This document shows, piece by piece, positions 61,029 through 64,000 of a stretch of DNA of 64,000 nt. This DNA is from Paraphysomonas bandaiensis (lineage: Eukaryota; Protista; Chrysophyceae): the NCBI GenBank assembly GCA_965644295.1, contig CBFFRP010000241.1, positions 62,001-126,000 on the forward strand, written 5' to 3'. The notes below the pieces were generated by a model, which was given only the letters and a program-made list of their open reading frames with translations, was not told where the DNA came from and searched no databases. Both the position numbers and the translations under genes were made by a program. Position 1 is the first letter of the stretch; each line of letters begins with the position of its first letter.

Positions 61029-63099
61029 TTACTTGCTTTTCTTAGAGCTCATATCAACGGAAGCTGCGACAGTGGCAGCCGGCCCCGACAGTTTAGCACC
61101 CTTCCTCTTCTCGAGCCCGCTGGTAGCGGGAAAGGTGTCCTCAGTTGATACATTTTCAGGTCCACTCTTGCCAACTTCACCGTACAGGTTATCGTAGTAC
61201 TGATCCTCCTGCACCTTTTTCTTGGCAAATCTATAGCATCATACCATATTAATCACGTTGGGTGATATATCGCTTCGCTAAAACTTACTTCTCCTTGTAT
61301 CGTTGCCTCTGAGCATGGATTCGGTCCACTATTACCGGGGCAGTCAGCTCATTGGCTGAAGGGACCACATGTAAGATACCCATTTCCCTAGGCAGCGCGT
61401 ACGGATCTCTCTGATATGGGTACATGGGAGGTGCCAGAGTTGTACCAGGGGTGCGGTACTCCTCGTCAACAGGGTCCCATCGTTCCCCCTATGTATCATA
61501 CATCAGACGGTGTTAAGAGACCAACAAATACATTATCTACATATTATTGAAAACAAGGGGCATTTACCTCAGGTTGGACTGTTCCACGCACCACAGCAAC
61601 GATGCGCAGACTAGCCAGCATCATTTTCGACACGACGTAGGGTGCATCCAACAGGACATCGTCCACATACTTACATCCCAGTACAGAGAGAGATCGCTCG
61701 TGCATGTTCATGAGAGGGTAGTTGAGACCACGGTGGCTATTAACAACAGCATCGCTGTGTACCCCGGCAATGACGTAGTCCCCATATCTGAACACAGTCA
61801 TATACCAAATCGATTACTACACTTTACTCACTTTCTGGCCTTCTCCAACAGAGCAACATGACCCGAGTGAAACATGTCCCACGACCCAGCAACATACACT
61901 ACCCTGGCGTTGGGACCCGGAGCCTGCACTCCCGCCCCAAATAAACGAATGATATGGGAAGTCGTTAGAAAGTCCGACTTTCGGTCAAATCCAGGGGTAA
62001 GGTCGCTTTCCGTATCAGCATTACGAATTGCAAGTTGTTTCGTCACATCCTCGGCATCATCCAGATTTTCACTGCAAGTACCGTGAGAGAGTTACTACAA
62101 TACGTGATTTGGTACCTGAAAGAAGAAGAGTGATGAGACCGAGTCATCAGTAGCATGCGGCCCACTATGTCGGTGGTAGAGATGCCCTCCGTACGTGGGA
62201 TTGTCAGGTATTTGCCTTGAGAACGAAATAATGAGGTTAGCGGCATGACAGGAAGTCTACACTCACCCATTTTCTGCGCGCTTTCGTATACATCTTTCCC
62301 ATCCACGATACATGGATCGTCACCGTGAACCACATAGTCAATATTATACTCCTTTATGACCCATCGTAGGTACTCGTCGTTCATGATGTACGGTACACCC
62401 GGTACAACCTCATCAACGAACTTGCACCCTTCCACACACTGCAAACGCTCTTGATCGTTCATCACTGGAGCACCTTTGCATTGGGTGATGGTTTCGTCGC
62501 TATTTACACCTACAATCAGTTTGGTGCCAAGTGCTCTTCCTTTACGAAAAGCATTCATATGCCCATAGTGCATCATATCGAAGGCCCCATCCATCCATAT
62601 TCTAATCTCCTTTCCCTCATTTATATTATGCAGATCAGATGATTCTAAAGTCAGTAACTTTTCTTCCAAATCTCTTACAATTTGTTGAGCCTAGACAACA
62701 ATAATTATACATACACGCATGATGCCGACACTGAGATTTTCTTCACAATCTATACGTTAGTTAGCCTAGTCAACACTAGCACACTAGCACTTCACTATGA
62801 TACGCTCATGGAATGGGCGTATGATACACAACACTCACCTTATTGAGTTTACTCTCCAACTCTTTCCTGTTCCGTAAATGCTTTCGACCCAACCAGTACC
62901 AGTAACTGAATAGAGTTAAAACAATCGCACTGCATGATAGAAGGAATTGTTCTGCATCCGGAGTATGATTTTCAGGGACGCCGATGGTTGTTAATACAGT
63001 TGCGATGGTCTGAACACACAGAGTTGTGAAGGGGCTCTCTAATACACGATCGACTAGTCTATCCACCACCCCCCATGGGATGTAACTCAGTATATTCAT
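61029..63099 (-). CDS. PCYT2: Ethanolamine-phosphate cytidylyltransferase (two CT domains, N-terminal membrane anchor); multi-exon
   Basis: WMDGAFDMMHYGH, VVHGDDP, RTEGISTTDIVGRML; second domain YVAGSWDMFHSGH, PLMNMHERSLSVLGCKYVDDV. Confidence 0.93.
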
Positions 63100-64000
63100 A
63101 GGTAAACTATAGAAGGGAATGGTTAGTTGATCATTGTTAGAAGGGTTGAGATTGAGAGCGAGGGAGGGAGATGGTTAAGATGAGCGATGCTTGATAGACA
63201 CATACATACATACATGCTGCTGTACACTGTACTGGAGATCTGTATGGTACACGATACGTATATAGAGCAGTACAGTAGCTATGCATACATACATATGTTA
63301 TCTACTGATACATACAGCCAACAGTACATACATACATACAGCAGTACATTACGTACACACATACATGCAGACATACATCCAATAGCATTTAGAAAACACG
63401 GGTTTATGTCCTACTTTTCAGTGTTAAATACCATATTTCTCAAAATCTTCAAGATTTTTTGAAATTTCTAGAGTATTTCAACAATTTTCGGTGGTTTTGT
63501 ACCACTATGCTCAACTGCTGTATCCACTGCAGGATATGATGAGGAGATTCTTATAGTTGCAATGCAGTCAACTCGTAATTGCAAGCAACTATTAGTGACA
63601 GTGAAATTGAGATTGACGGAGACTTGTGGTGTTACTTCTTATGTACCTGCGATCACTGGGAAGCTGTTAATGTATGGATATATACGTAAGAGTCTCATGA
63701 CATGGAACACCACTAATGCATGTGTATGAACAGAGCACACACTAATATATGAGTGCAATAGCACTGCAATACGTCACAAGGACTCATAGAACATGAGGAA
63801 ATGGTAGACTATAAGCTCCATGAGGGGTGGGAGTGTCTCGTTACAGCACCTGTACGGATTTATCATATACATCATCGCACTTTGTAGTTTTTCCCAACTC
63901 AGCAATCCGTAAGATGCTTTAAAGTATTCCGGGCGATCTATTCTGCAAGATATAATGCTCTTCCCAAGCAGCTCACAGTCAAGGCTGTGTACCGGTTGCT

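Overview
Eukaryotic nuclear DNA with short (about 50-60 nt) GT-AG introns and very long (CATA/TATG)n microsatellites. The gene and transposon repertoire suggests a stramenopile, possibly a chrysophyte-like ochrophyte (inference only). About 12 host genes are present: a >930-aa FG-GAP-like surface protein missed by the ORF track, a secreted FKBP, a membrane lipase-3 fusion, a patatin, LMBR1-PH, DysF-PH, ankyrin-RING, a Crinkler-like coiled-coil/REase/kinase gene split by a retrotransposon, a GT32-like/sulfotransferase fusion, an EEP hydrolase, a PCYT2-like cytidylyltransferase and one unknown ORF. They are interleaved with a dense mobilome: a two-gene IS630/Tc1 element with 199-bp TIRs, a decayed Polinton-like-virus segment (HNH-AP2, adenain-type protease), a Sailor-like DD109E element, PIF/Harbinger remnants, Copia fragments with non-canonical LTR ends, an intact recent chromovirus, possible Crypton-like elements, and a five-copy repeat family whose variation preserves RNA hairpins. 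All family assignments come from motif recognition by eye; no searches were run.
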